From Spirochaetia bacterium (GTDB lineage: Bacteria; Spirochaetota; Spirochaetia; UBA9216), in the NCBI GenBank assembly GCA_963675665.1, contig OY776510.1, positions 2,720,001 through 2,784,000 of the forward strand: 64,000 nucleotides of DNA. The letters are read 5' to 3'. The notes under the pieces were generated by a model. It saw only the letters and a list, made by a program, of their open reading frames with translations. It had not been told where the DNA came from and did not search any database. The translations under genes and the position numbers were made by a program. This document shows, one piece after another, positions 28,282 through 38,536 of the stretch (positions are counted from its first letter, which is position 1; each line of letters begins with the position of its first letter).

Positions 28282-29793
28282 ATGCAGGAATATGTTATAG
28301 GACTGGATAACGGCGGCACAATGAGTAAAGCCGCTTTATTTGATTTAAACGGAAATCAGATAAAGGTGGCTTCAAGGCAGACTCCCGTTATTACCCCCCA
28401 ACCGGGGTATACAGAAAGAGATATGGAAGCGCTCTGGCTGGGTAATTGCGATTGTATAAAGGAAGTGCTGATAAAATCCGGAATCAGCCAGGATTCTGTT
28501 ATCGGGATTGCTGTTTGCGGACATGGCAAAGGTTTATATCCCTGGGGTTACGATAACAAACCGGCATATAACGGTATTGTTTCGACTGATAACAGGGCGT
28601 GGGAATATCCTGAGAGATGGAATAAAGACGGAACGGCTGCGAAATTATATCCCCGGTTATGTCAGCAGCTTCTGGCATGTCAGCAGGTTTCGCTGCTTGC
28701 CTGGATGAAAGAGAACAACCGAAAGATTTATGACGACATCAAGTGGGTTTTTTCAGTTAAGGATTATATAAGGTTCCGGCTTACCGGCGAAGCTTACTGT
28801 GAGGCCACCGATATTTCCGGTTCAGGTTTGATGGATGTCCGGCATGCTCGTTTTGATTCGAAACTACTTGAAGAACTTGGAATTCCCGAGGTTTTCGACA
28901 AGCTTGCCCCCCTGAAATATTCATCGGATTTTTGCGGTTCCGTTACGAAAGAGTCTGCAGCCTTAACCGGATTGAAAGCAGGCACACCGGTAGCCGGGGG
29001 GATGTTTGATATCGATGCCTGCGCTATCGCAATGGATATTACCACCCCGGAACAATTGTGTTCGATTACAGGAACATGGAGCATCAATGAATTTATTTCG
29101 GAAAAACCTGTTACCGGAACAGCTATTGCCATGAATTCGCTTTTTGCCATTCCGGGTTATTATCTGATAGAAGAATGCAGCGCTACAAGCGCCGGCAACC
29201 TGGACTGGGTTTTGGGAAACTGTATTAATACCGGTGCAAAACCGGACGACGTTTCAGTTTACGAATATGCCGGAGGACTGGTTGATACTGTTTCTCCGAA
29301 GGAAACCGATGTATTTTATCTGCCTTTTTTATACGGTTCCAATGCGCACCCTCTGGCAAAAGCTTCTTTTATCGGGTTGACCATGTATCATTCCTCGGCC
29401 CATATGTTAAGAGCGGTGTTTGAGGGAGTTGCCTATTCACATAAAATGCATATAGACAAACTTCTTTCAGTGCGTGAAGCTCCGGAAGTGATCCGAATGG
29501 CCGGCGGAGCAGTCAAATCTCCGGTATGGACGCAGATCTTTGCCGATGTATTCGGAATTCCTGTTGAAACTGTTGCCGGGGTTTCCGAACTGGGAGCTTT
29601 GGGCGCCGCAATGTCGGCGGCTGTAGCCTGCGGTAAATATTCAGATTACAGGGAAGCTGCATCGGCAATGGTAAAGATTAACAAACCGGTATTTCCGGAT
29701 TCCGCCGAAACAAAAATCTATCATGAAAAATATATGAAATACAGGGAAGTTGTAAAAGCACTCGACGGAATATGGGAGAAATTCAAGGTTTAG
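28282..29793 (+). CDS. FGGY carbohydrate kinase, L-xylulose/3-keto-L-gulonate kinase-like (probable start 28282)
   Basis: 'GLDNGGT', 'GHGKG', 'KDYIRFRLTG', 'FDIDACA', 'GTWSINE', 'FEG'. Confidence 0.88.
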   Translation: MQEYVIGLDNGGTMSKAALFDLNGNQIKVASRQTPVITPQPGYTERDMEALWLGNCDCIKEVLIKSGISQDSVIGIAVCGHGKGLYPWGYDNKPAYNGIVSTDNRAWEYPERWNKDGTAAKLYPRLCQQLLACQQVSLLAWMKENNRKIYDDIKWVFSVKDYIRFRLTGEAYCEATDISGSGLMDVRHARFDSKLLEELGIPEVFDKLAPLKYSSDFCGSVTKESAALTGLKAGTPVAGGMFDIDACAIAMDITTPEQLCSITGTWSINEFISEKPVTGTAIAMNSLFAIPGYYLIEECSATSAGNLDWVLGNCINTGAKPDDVSVYEYAGGLVDTVSPKETDVFYLPFLYGSNAHPLAKASFIGLTMYHSSAHMLRAVFEGVAYSHKMHIDKLLSVREAPEVIRMAGGAVKSPVWTQIFADVFGIPVETVAGVSELGALGAAMSAAVACGKYSDYREAASAMVKINKPVFPDSAETKIYHEKYMKYREVVKALDGIWEKFKV

Positions 29794-29813
29794 AAAAGGC
29801 TTCGGCAGTTAAA

Positions 29814-31250
29814 CTACAGCTTTTTTACCAGTTCGCGAAACTGATCTCCGCGGTCAAATTCGTTTTTAAACATTCCGAAAGAGGCGCAACCTGGCGATAG
29901 TACAGCTGCCGGACGATCATTTGAGTCAGCTCCGGATTTCCTGCTTTTTTCACGCCTGACAGTATTCTCCACGGCGGCGGCAAGGCTGTCGAAAGGTCCG
30001 TCAAAATTGATGCTGCGGGCTTTAAACTGGTCAATAAGTTTTTCGGTTCCGCTGCCGGCAAGCAGCGATATTGAAACAGGCGGTGCCCCGGGACAGCCTG
30101 CAGCTCCTTCTGCCAGCGGCGAAAAATCAAGCTCCTTGTCTGTGCCGCCGGTTATGAGGTGCAGCGGACTGTCGAAACTCGCTATTGCGGCGGCTGCAGC
30201 CTCGGGAATGGTTGCCGCAGAATCATTGTACCAGTCAATACCTGCCGCATTTCGTACAAACTCCAGTCTGTGCGCTATTCCCGGGAAATTCGACAGGCCG
30301 CTTCGGATCTGGTCCGGATCAATGCCGAATTTAAACAGGAGCGCCGCGGCTGTAAGCATATTTACCCGGTTGTGGGCGCCTTTTACTGCAAGACTGCTGT
30401 CAAGAATCCGGGTTCTTGCCCCGTTTTCAAGCCAGAATCCGCTGCCGTCGGTTAAAAGACAGGCGCCTTCTGCGGCAGCAGGGAGCTCGTGAACCGGGCG
30501 GCTGTGAAAGTAAAATACCCTGGAGCGGGCGGATTTGGCAAACTGTGCTGAATAACCGGATTCGGCATCAAGAATAAGCACATCCTCTTTTGTCTGAGAT
30601 TCAAATATTACAGCCTTGTCGGCCGCATAGTCCTCCATTGAATGATAGCGATCCTGATGATCATGCATGATGTTTGTGATTGCGCATACCGAAGGCTTCA
30701 GCAGCCCCCGGCCGGCTATGTCGGCAAGCTGCCAGGATGATAATTCAAGGATTACAGGAGCATTGCTGTTGTTTTTTTGATCGTTGCAGAAAGTCAGAGG
30801 AGAAACTGTAATATTACCTCCGAGATCGGTTAACGGATTAAGTCCTTTGAGTACATGAAAAATTGCGGATACGGTAGTTGACTTGCCCTTGCTTCCTGTT
30901 ACTGCTATCAGTGGTCTGCTGTTATTCTGCAGAAAGATCGAAATATCAGTTTCTATCGAAGCCCCGGATTCCATGGCGGCAGAAAGATAGGGTGAGCCGG
31001 GTTTAACAGCCGGATTTTTAATAACGATATCGGCGTTCCTGAAATCGTCAATATCATGTTTTTCCAGAACAAATCGTATATCAAGATCGGAAAGCTCCTG
31101 TATTGACGATGAAAGCGTTTCGCTGCTGCGCAGATCGGTAACGGTTACCAGCGCGCCGGCTTCGGCAAAGAACCTTGCTGATGCGCTTCCTCCGCCGTGC
31201 AGGCCGAGGCCCATTATGGTGACCCTTTTATTTTGGAAACTGGTATTCAA
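29814..31250 (-). CDS. murD: UDP-N-acetylmuramoyl-L-alanine--D-glutamate ligase
   Basis: 'MGLGLHGGG', 'VTGSKGKST', 'ELSSWQL', 'HRLE', 'YNDSAAT', 'LSPGCASFG.F.N..RG'. Confidence 0.95.
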   Translation of the reverse strand: MNTSFQNKRVTIMGLGLHGGGSASARFFAEAGALVTVTDLRSSETLSSSIQELSDLDIRFVLEKHDIDDFRNADIVIKNPAVKPGSPYLSAAMESGASIETDISIFLQNNSRPLIAVTGSKGKSTTVSAIFHVLKGLNPLTDLGGNITVSPLTFCNDQKNNSNAPVILELSSWQLADIAGRGLLKPSVCAITNIMHDHQDRYHSMEDYAADKAVIFESQTKEDVLILDAESGYSAQFAKSARSRVFYFHSRPVHELPAAAEGACLLTDGSGFWLENGARTRILDSSLAVKGAHNRVNMLTAAALLFKFGIDPDQIRSGLSNFPGIAHRLEFVRNAAGIDWYNDSAATIPEAAAAAIASFDSPLHLITGGTDKELDFSPLAEGAAGCPGAPPVSISLLAGSGTEKLIDQFKARSINFDGPFDSLAAAVENTVRREKSRKSGADSNDRPAAVLSPGCASFGMFKNEFDRGDQFRELVKKL

Positions 31251-32181
31251 GACTGTATTCCCTCATATCATTCTCATTGAGATAGGGTTTGATTTTAAGA
31301 GAAGTCCAGATTTTTGTCCACTCGGGTGTGAAGTTCTTTTTCAGTTTGATGTATAAAGGATGAGTTTTACTGTATTGTTCATTTTTAATCCCTTCTTCAA
31401 TTTCAGGAAGAGAAGGTTCGATAAGAGGCAGTGCCTTGTGCATATAAGAAAGAAAGTTTTTCCGACCCCTGGGAGATATATCGGCGGGAAAGAAGCAGAC
31501 TGTGTTAAAATCGCATCTGAAAGGGTAGTATGGATATATTTTATGGCCTTCAGGCAGATAAAGCGCGCTCAGCATTTTTGTTAATTCGCGATCGATCCAT
31601 TGTCCGTTGATATGATAGCCTGTTCCTGATTCCCCAACCCATGTTGAGCGGAAAAGACGCTTAATGGGAATTTGTCCTCCTGATGTCGTGATATCAGGTT
31701 TGCTGATTGGTATAAAAAGGCTTTCAAAATAAAGTTTATCGGTTTCAAATTCAGCTGTTGCATCATTTGTAGATTGTCTGATAATGCTGCTGTCAGATAT
31801 CCTGATATTAAAATCCGGGCGGAACAGGTATAGGTAATAACTCTCTTCAACCCTGAACACCTGAATAAAGCAGGGCCTTAATATTTCAGCCGGATCAAAA
31901 AAATACCTGGTGCTTAAGAAAATATCCGGAAATTCATTAATAAGAACGGCGGTAAGAGTTCTTAATGAATTCAGATACTGTTCTGATGGTTTAATGTCCT
32001 GAACATTATGGTGTACCGGGAAGGTGGGAACCCTGAAGCTTTTACCGCATTCAATAAAAGCATCCTCATTCTGATTAAACCGTATACTGTAGCCGGTTTT
32101 CTGATCACTGATGTCTGCAAGCAATGCTGAAATCTCCGGATCAGAATACTTAAAATTTATAGTATCAAGCAACTTTTCCAT
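31228..32181 (-). CDS. Hypothetical protein overlapping murD start (probable start MEKLL at 32181)
   Basis: Long ORF with no recognisable motif; 23-bp overlap with murD suggests an operon. Confidence 0.65.
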   Translation of the reverse strand: MEKLLDTINFKYSDPEISALLADISDQKTGYSIRFNQNEDAFIECGKSFRVPTFPVHHNVQDIKPSEQYLNSLRTLTAVLINEFPDIFLSTRYFFDPAEILRPCFIQVFRVEESYYLYLFRPDFNIRISDSSIIRQSTNDATAEFETDKLYFESLFIPISKPDITTSGGQIPIKRLFRSTWVGESGTGYHINGQWIDRELTKMLSALYLPEGHKIYPYYPFRCDFNTVCFFPADISPRGRKNFLSYMHKALPLIEPSLPEIEEGIKNEQYSKTHPLYIKLKKNFTPEWTKIWTSLKIKPYLNENDMREYSLEYQFPK

Positions 32182-32323
32182 ATATAGATCAAAAATATAC
32201 AACCATACTGAATTGAAATCAAGCCTGCTTTTAGTACTTGAAACAATTGATGTTTTCATGCATAATCGGACAACTACTTTTAACATTAATTTGGTTAACT
32301 ATATCATTTTAAAGGAGCTCAGG

Positions 32324-32413
32324 GTGCCCTGCGGAAGAAAACGAAAAAGACACAAGATAGCCACTCATAAAAGAAAGAAGAAACTGAGAAAGAACAGACA
32401 CAAGAAGAAATAG
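32324..32413 (+). CDS. 29-aa basic protein, AURKAIP1/COX24-domain ribosomal protein bS22-like
   Basis: AAAGGAG SD then GTG: MPCGRKRKRHKIATHKRKKKLRKNRHKKK*. Confidence 0.9.
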   Translation: MPCGRKRKRHKIATHKRKKKLRKNRHKKK

Positions 32414-32445
32414 TTTTTAATATACTTTTTTAATGAAACTTTCAG

Positions 32446-32474
32446 TTGACATGTAGGTATTTGAGTACTATTAT
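32446..32474 (+). promoter_or_regulatory. Sigma70 promoter of ferredoxin
   Basis: TTGACA-N17-TATTAT. Confidence 0.7.
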
Positions 32475-32505
32475 TCTGTTGAAATCTAATGTGGAGGGAC
32501 AGTAA

Positions 32506-32676
32506 ATGGCCTATAAAATCACAGATGAATGTTCCAATTGTGGCGCCTGCGAAGCAGAATGCCCAATGGAAGCAATCAGCGAAAAAGACGATATCAGATG
32601 GATTGATCCTGATGTATGTACCAGTTGTGGTGCCTGCGCGGATGTTTGTCCTGTAGATGCAATCCTCGCTGACTAA
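32506..32676 (+). CDS. 56-aa 2[4Fe-4S] clostridial-type ferredoxin (absent from ORF track)
   Basis: MAYKITDECSNCGACEAECP...CTSCGACADVCPVDAILAD*; two CxxCxxCxxxCP motifs; GGAGG SD. Confidence 0.95.
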   Translation: MAYKITDECSNCGACEAECPMEAISEKDDIRWIDPDVCTSCGACADVCPVDAILAD

Positions 32677-32710
32677 TCCCAATCAGGCCCTTTACGGGTC
32701 ATAAATTATA

Positions 32711-32757
32711 GAGCTGCCTATGCAATACTTTAAGTAATGCTTCAGGCGGCTTTTTTT
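32711..32757 (+). terminator. Intrinsic terminator after ferredoxin
   Basis: GAGCTGCCT...AGGCGGCT followed by a T run. Confidence 0.75.
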
Positions 32758-32805
32758 ATTAACAATGAAAAATTATAAAAAATGATTCTGATACAGTGCT
32801 GATGA

Positions 32806-33696
32806 TTAATCAGCGGTCTGAAGCTTTTTTAGAAGACGGTTGAAAGCTTCTGAACAGCTGAAAGTCAATATAAAGTACAGCCCGGTTATGACAATCCAAG
32901 TTTCAAATGTAGCATAGGTAGAAGCCATAACCTGCATTCCCTGGAAAGAAAGTTCCGGCACCGATATTACGGATACAATCGCCGAATCCTTTATTGTTGA
33001 GATAAATTGCCCGGAAAGGGGCGGAAGAACATTTTTAAGGGCCTGGGGCAGAATAATATGCCTGAACTGGCACATCCTGGATAATCCTATTGAGTGGGCG
33101 GCTTCCCACTGGCCGCGCGGAATACTTTCAATACCCGATCTGACAATCTCGGTTATATAAGCGCCTTCATAGATGGCTATGCTTAATACTGCCGATGTAA
33201 ATTCATTTAACAGCTGCGGACGAATAAAAACAATTTTTATGAAGACCTGAAAGGCCGGGCCGGATCTGAGCACAGCTTCTTCAATTCCGAGATTATCAAG
33301 TATCTGGCTGCTGAAAAAAAAGTAAAATATAAATACAAGAACCAGAGGCGGTATGTTTCTGATAGAATTGACATACAGTCTTGCTATAAATCTTCCGAAG
33401 ACCCCGTTGTGCACCCGGAGAATCCCCATAAAGATGCCGAAAACACTGCCTGTGATGATTCCCCAGATGCTGAGTTTTATCGTCATCAGAAATCCGTTTA
33501 TGATTGCAGAAGAGGCAAGTCTGCCGGTTTTACTGTCAATACGGAACAGGTATTTGGGAATAATATCCCAGGACCATTCATAACGGATGTTTACCCTTAC
33601 CCTGTAAACGATGTAAATAATTGCAGCGGTAATACAGGCGATAATAATGAGGTCGATTAATTTAAACTGCTTTTTTTTTATTTGAGTCATGTACAC
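32806..33696 (-). CDS. Polar amino-acid ABC transporter permease
   Basis: 'RNIPPLV', 'AYITEIVRSGIESIPRGQWEAA', 'IKDSA'. Confidence 0.93.
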   Translation of the reverse strand: MYMTQIKKKQFKLIDLIIIACITAAIIYIVYRVRVNIRYEWSWDIIPKYLFRIDSKTGRLASSAIINGFLMTIKLSIWGIITGSVFGIFMGILRVHNGVFGRFIARLYVNSIRNIPPLVLVFIFYFFFSSQILDNLGIEEAVLRSGPAFQVFIKIVFIRPQLLNEFTSAVLSIAIYEGAYITEIVRSGIESIPRGQWEAAHSIGLSRMCQFRHIILPQALKNVLPPLSGQFISTIKDSAIVSVISVPELSFQGMQVMASTYATFETWIVITGLYFILTFSCSEAFNRLLKKLQTAD

Positions 33697-33726
33697 CGCT
33701 TTCCGTATTGATACGGTTGTTATTAT

Positions 33727-34605
33727 CTAATCTGAGCCCAGATCTACCTGGTCCATCCAGTCTTCTCCCATGAACCAGTAGCGGTACCGGGAATCAAGAA
33801 AGCTGTCGGCCCATTTAAGCTGGATCCAGTTGTTCAGGAAATTCATAAAATCGTGCTCTCCCTTTCTGACGGCAAAAGCGATCGGCTCATTCCTGAAGAT
33901 TTCCGGATCGATTGGAATATAAAGCTTGTCAGGGTATTTTTCGGCCTGAAGCTGCGGGAAAGGAAAAGACGATACCCATGCATCGACGCGGCCGTTAAGA
34001 AGCTCCTGAATGCCCTGCGGTTCATCCTCAAAGAGCCTTACTTCGGCATTGGGCATAAACTGTTCTATGGCTACAGCTCCGGTGCTTCCTGTTCGTGTCG
34101 CAAGTATAATATCTTTCCTGTTAAAATCATCAAGCGATGAAAGCCCTCCTGCCCGATCTTTATTTGCAACAATCGATTGCCCGCTGTATTCATATGCATC
34201 GGAGAAATTTACCGAAATATTGCGCTCCGGCGTTATCGACATTCCGCCGATGATGATATCGAATTTTCCCGTCAGAAGGGCGGGGATTATTCCCGACCAT
34301 TTTGTCTGAATAAATTCTATCTCAACACCCATGTCCGCGGCAAGCTGTTTTGCAACGTCAACCTCAAAGCCGATCAAATCACCGTTTTTATCGATCATTG
34401 CCCAGGGAACAAATGTGGAGAGGCCTACCTTCAGAGTGCCCCTCCTTATGATATCATCAAGCTGACCAACCGCAGCATTTTCCGCGTTGCCGTTTTTTTC
34501 GACGGTTTCCGTATCGGACTTTCCGCCGCATGACATAAATACAGCAATGAATACCATTGCAAGAAATAGAGCCGTAAATTTAAATATTGTTTTTTTCATT
34601 AACAA
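33727..34605 (-). CDS. Polar amino-acid ABC transporter substrate-binding lipoprotein (family 3)
   Basis: Lipobox 'FMSC'; 'GFEVDVA', '[13 protein letters not shown]', 'SITPER'. Confidence 0.93.
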   Translation of the reverse strand: MLMKKTIFKFTALFLAMVFIAVFMSCGGKSDTETVEKNGNAENAAVGQLDDIIRRGTLKVGLSTFVPWAMIDKNGDLIGFEVDVAKQLAADMGVEIEFIQTKWSGIIPALLTGKFDIIIGGMSITPERNISVNFSDAYEYSGQSIVANKDRAGGLSSLDDFNRKDIILATRTGSTGAVAIEQFMPNAEVRLFEDEPQGIQELLNGRVDAWVSSFPFPQLQAEKYPDKLYIPIDPEIFRNEPIAFAVRKGEHDFMNFLNNWIQLKWADSFLDSRYRYWFMGEDWMDQVDLGSD

Positions 34606-35366
34606 CCTCCGTTATCAAGAATTTTACTTAAAAACAGCCTAGTCCGTTCCTTTTCAGGATTTTCAAAGAAGCGGTCAACACTGTTCTGTTCTACAATTTT
34701 ACCTTCATCCATAAAAATTATTCGATCTCCGACTTCGCGGGCAAACCCCATCTCATGGGTGACGACAAGCATTGTCATGCCTTCATGGGCAAGTTCCTTC
34801 ATGACCTCAAGGACCTCTCCGACCATTTCAGGATCAAGCGCGCTTGTTGGTTCGTCAAACATCATTACAAGGGGTTTCATTGCAAGCGCCCTTGCAATGG
34901 CGACTCGCTGCTGCTGTCCTCCGCTTAACTGACGCGGGTAGGCATCGATTTTATCCATGATTCCCACTTTTTCGAGCAGCTGTCCGATATGTTTGTCTAT
35001 ATCGGCAAGTTCCTGCTTTCTGGCATACCTTGGGCCTGTTCTGATATTGTCGCGTACAGTCATATGAGGAAAAAGGTTGAAATTCTGAAATACCATTCCA
35101 ACTTCGGTACGGATTTTCAGCCTGTTGCGTGCATGCTCATCGAGGGGAGTATTATCAATTACTATTTTGCCGCTGTCTGTTTCTTCGAGTCCGTTAAGGC
35201 AACGCAGCAGGGTTGATTTGCCTGAACCCGACGGACCGATTATTACGACAACTTCTTTTTGTTTTATCTCCAGAGAAAAATCCTGGAGGGCCCTGATGTT
35301 TTTACCATATGTTTTATTGATTGAGTCTATACTGATGATAGTTTTACCAAGGACTTTTTTTATCAT
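34599..35366 (-). CDS. Polar amino-acid ABC transporter ATP-binding protein
   Basis: Walker [28 protein letters not shown]. Confidence 0.95.
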   Translation of the reverse strand: MIKKVLGKTIISIDSINKTYGKNIRALQDFSLEIKQKEVVVIIGPSGSGKSTLLRCLNGLEETDSGKIVIDNTPLDEHARNRLKIRTEVGMVFQNFNLFPHMTVRDNIRTGPRYARKQELADIDKHIGQLLEKVGIMDKIDAYPRQLSGGQQQRVAIARALAMKPLVMMFDEPTSALDPEMVGEVLEVMKELAHEGMTMLVVTHEMGFAREVGDRIIFMDEGKIVEQNSVDRFFENPEKERTRLFLSKILDNGGC

Positions 35367-36208
35367 ATTTCAACCTTTTTGAGGTTAATTTCGATTTTTT
35401 GAATTATTATTGAAAGCACTATATTAACTATAAGATAAACTGCTGCAACAGTAAACCAGATTTCAAAAGTCAGGAAGGTTTTTGCTATTGCAACCTGCCC
35501 CCGCATGGTCAGTTCGTAGATTGCTATTGTGGAAACGAGAGCTGAATCCTTTACAAGCGAAATCGCCTGGCTTGCAAGCATCGGTAAAACCTGCCTGAAA
35601 GCCTGCGGCAGAATGATCTGCTGATATGTCTGTCGGCGGCTGAGTCCTATGCTGTATGCAGCTTCCCACTGGCCCTTGTCTATTGAGATAATGCCGGAAC
35701 GGATAATCTCGGATGCATATGCACCCTCAAAAAGGCTTAAAGCCAGTACTGCTGATGCTATTCTACCTGTCCCGAGAATCGGTGCGATTACAAAATAGAT
35801 AAGAAAAAGCTGGATTAACAGCGGTGTGTTTCTGATAATTTCAAGATAAAATCTTGATACAAGGTTTGCCGTTACTGAATCTGAAAGCCTGAAGATAGCG
35901 GTAATAAAACCGAAAATTATCGCTAACACAAGAGAAACGGCTGATATGGCAAGCGTAACTGCAAGTCCGGTCAAGAGAGGTCCCGGCTTTATTCCTGATT
36001 TATCAAGAACTATCAGGTAGTCGGGAATCCTGTACCATTGCCAGCGATATTTTAATCCTTGTATTCCGTTGGAAACAAGAATTATAATTATCAAAGAAAA
36101 AACAAGGAATTTAACTGTTTCAAAAATTGCGGGATTTTTTATTCTCAGCACATGGAGTTTGTGCCTGAAGATTTCCACTTTTTCAGATATAATCTGAATC
36201 AAGATCAT
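35363..36208 (-). CDS. Polar amino-acid ABC transporter permease
   Basis: 'RNTPLLIQL', '[20 protein letters not shown]', 'KDSAL'. Confidence 0.93.
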   Translation of the reverse strand: MILIQIISEKVEIFRHKLHVLRIKNPAIFETVKFLVFSLIIIILVSNGIQGLKYRWQWYRIPDYLIVLDKSGIKPGPLLTGLAVTLAISAVSLVLAIIFGFITAIFRLSDSVTANLVSRFYLEIIRNTPLLIQLFLIYFVIAPILGTGRIASAVLALSLFEGAYASEIIRSGIISIDKGQWEAAYSIGLSRRQTYQQIILPQAFRQVLPMLASQAISLVKDSALVSTIAIYELTMRGQVAIAKTFLTFEIWFTVAAVYLIVNIVLSIIIQKIEINLKKVEI

Positions 36209-36280
36209 AAAGAAATAGTAAATAAGCAGACTGTTTTAGTCAAGCTTTTATAATGCTAAATTATTACGGGACATTTATTT

Positions 36281-37627
36281 ATGTTAATGAAAGTACTGAG
36301 CAATGAAAACAGCAGCCGTATTTTTGATACTGCCTGTAAAATCCTCCATCTAAAAGGGATCCGGGTTGATAATCATGAAACAACGGAAAGGCTGAAAAGC
36401 GAAGGATGCAGGCTTTCAGAAAAAGGAAGGCTGCTTTTCCACGAAGGCCTTGTGCATAGGGTGATAGAAACGGTTCCATCGGAGATTGTTTTACACAACA
36501 GCAGCGGAAATCCAGCAGCCAGGATAAAAAAAAGGTGCGGCGATGCAGACTCCCGGTGTGAGCGGAGATATCTTGCCGCAGGACTGAATTGCATTGATAT
36601 GTACGACCGGCATGACGGAAGCCGTCGCCCCGGCACGCTCTTCGATGTGGCTGAAGCTGCGACAGTCTGTGAGAGTCTGGATCGTATTGATATTGCCGCG
36701 CCTCTGTGCACACCTTCTGACATCCCCCCGGACCTGCAGGCCCTGGAGGCGGTGAAGGCTGTAACACGTAATACCGGCAAGCCTGTGGCTTTTACTGCGC
36801 ACGATAATTCCGAGGCGGAATCAATATGGCGGCATCTTGCTGATGAAGCCGGCGGAATGTCCGCCCTGTCAGTCAAACCCTGCGGGCTGGATTTAACCGG
36901 ACCTACATCTCCTCTTTATATCGGGGAAGAAGCTGTTCTTCGCCTCCGGTTTGCCGCACGGCATAATCTGCCTGTAGTCTGTTACCCCGGAATAATTCCC
37001 GGCGCCGCTTCGCCTGTAACCCTTTCAGGGGCGCTTGCGCAGTCTGGAGCGGAAATACTTGCCGGCATTGTAATCCACCAGCTGGAAAATCCCGGCGCCC
37101 CGGTAATGTCCGGTTCGGCGATACTCCCGATGGATATGCGTACAGGCTCTATAACATACGGTTCGCCGGAGTATGCGCTTGCATGTGCTGCGGCAGTAGA
37201 CTTTTTCTCGTTTATTGGGATTCCGTCCTGGACCGGCGGCGGCTGTTCCGATTCGGCTTTGCCGGACGCCCGGGCTGCAGCCGAAGCCCAGCTGACAATG
37301 AATGCGGCGGTTTTCTCGGATACAACCCTTATTCATAATGCCGGATACCTGGCGTCGGGTCGGTGCGGGTCTCTAGAGATGCTTGTGCTTGCCGACGAAC
37401 TGATTAAATTGAACGAAAGAATGGAAACAGGAATTGACTGTTCTGAAAATGCAATAGGGTTTGATTTGATAATGAGCGCAGAATGCGGTGATGATTATAT
37501 GGGCAGCGGGCATACAATAGAGCGAATGCGCTCTGAAATGTATTATTCACCGTTTTTCACCAGGGGGACGGCAGAAAGCCCGGATATCTGGAAAAAGGCA
37601 GTAGAAAAGCTTGAGTCTATTCTTTGA
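36281..37627 (+). CDS. Trimethylamine methyltransferase (MttB) superfamily protein, no pyrrolysine
   Basis: 'TSPL', 'GAASPVTLSGALAQ', 'QLENPGAP', 'MDMRTG', 'GSPE', 'HNAGYL'; no in-frame TAG. Confidence 0.88.
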   Translation: MLMKVLSNENSSRIFDTACKILHLKGIRVDNHETTERLKSEGCRLSEKGRLLFHEGLVHRVIETVPSEIVLHNSSGNPAARIKKRCGDADSRCERRYLAAGLNCIDMYDRHDGSRRPGTLFDVAEAATVCESLDRIDIAAPLCTPSDIPPDLQALEAVKAVTRNTGKPVAFTAHDNSEAESIWRHLADEAGGMSALSVKPCGLDLTGPTSPLYIGEEAVLRLRFAARHNLPVVCYPGIIPGAASPVTLSGALAQSGAEILAGIVIHQLENPGAPVMSGSAILPMDMRTGSITYGSPEYALACAAAVDFFSFIGIPSWTGGGCSDSALPDARAAAEAQLTMNAAVFSDTTLIHNAGYLASGRCGSLEMLVLADELIKLNERMETGIDCSENAIGFDLIMSAECGDDYMGSGHTIERMRSEMYYSPFFTRGTAESPDIWKKAVEKLESIL

Positions 37628-38474
37628 GTTGCGCCGGATTTAGCCTGTCAACCGGGCCGCGGTAAGGAACTTCTCTTCCACCGGTTTTCGGCCTGAAAGG
37701 TTTTGAGTTATACATTATTGCCTGGGTTGGGCAGAAATTATAGCAGCGCATACAGAAATTACAGCTGTCCTGAAACTCCGGAAAACCGCCGCAGTCTTCA
37801 TTGCCGAAAATTATATTTTCTACCGGGCAGAGTTTAATACATTGCCCGCATCGGGTACATTTATCTGGGGCAATGCTGAAGAGGTTCTGATACGCCGGCA
37901 GCATCTTTCGAAAGGGCGCTCGCTGCATCAGTCCCAAAAGATTCGACACAAAGGACGTGCCCTGCAGAAACTGCCTGTTTCGGGATACCATCCCGGCCAG
38001 TGTTTCAAGCCTTGATTCTGAACGGTTCAGAGTTTTTGAGAGTTTGGCGGTATTATTTGAAAAACTGAAAATAAAACCCGGGACGGATATATTGTTCGGC
38101 ATCTTAAGATGAAGAGCCCAGTTGATTTTATATCCCCTGTTTTCTATTAACTGGTGTTCCATCCATGCCCCGTCTCCTGAGAAGAGCAATTGAGTACATA
38201 CTATTCCGAATTGTTTTGGTCCGGATTCTTTCGGAACATCGGGTAGTCTGCTTATAAATTCTTTTATAATTTCCGGCCTGTCTGAACCGTATATTGGATA
38301 GAACAGGAAAATAATATCTGATTTCGCGCAAGTATCTGCTGTCAGTTCCTGTTTATGCTCTACTGATATCGTCTTAACACTGAATCCTGCACCGGCCAGT
38401 TTTCCGGCAAACCTGTTTGCAGCCCACCAGGTGTTTCCTGTTCCCGAGAAATAGAAAATTGATATATTTTTCAT
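37617..38474 (-). CDS. EFR1-family flavodoxin-ferredoxin fusion
   Basis: 'YFSGTGNT', 'MPNN', two CxxCxxCxxxCP motifs. Confidence 0.92.
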   Translation of the reverse strand: MKNISIFYFSGTGNTWWAANRFAGKLAGAGFSVKTISVEHKQELTADTCAKSDIIFLFYPIYGSDRPEIIKEFISRLPDVPKESGPKQFGIVCTQLLFSGDGAWMEHQLIENRGYKINWALHLKMPNNISVPGFIFSFSNNTAKLSKTLNRSESRLETLAGMVSRNRQFLQGTSFVSNLLGLMQRAPFRKMLPAYQNLFSIAPDKCTRCGQCIKLCPVENIIFGNEDCGGFPEFQDSCNFCMRCYNFCPTQAIMYNSKPFRPKTGGREVPYRGPVDRLNPAQLKE

Positions 38475-38536
38475 AATGTAAGCTTACCATGGAAAACTCA
38501 TAATGGTATATTAGTAAAGTACAAGGAATTATAATT

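Noticed and set aside
32111-32323. 100-aa ORF ending in the basic peptide
   Set aside because: The real start is GTG 32324 with AAAGGAG; the upstream part overlaps the minus-strand gene and its promoter region.
32365-32682. 105-aa minus-strand ORF
   Set aside because: Antisense shadow of the ferredoxin and bS22-like genes.
36281-37627. Pyrrolysine recoding in MttB
   Set aside because: No in-frame TAG and no pyl genes in the window.
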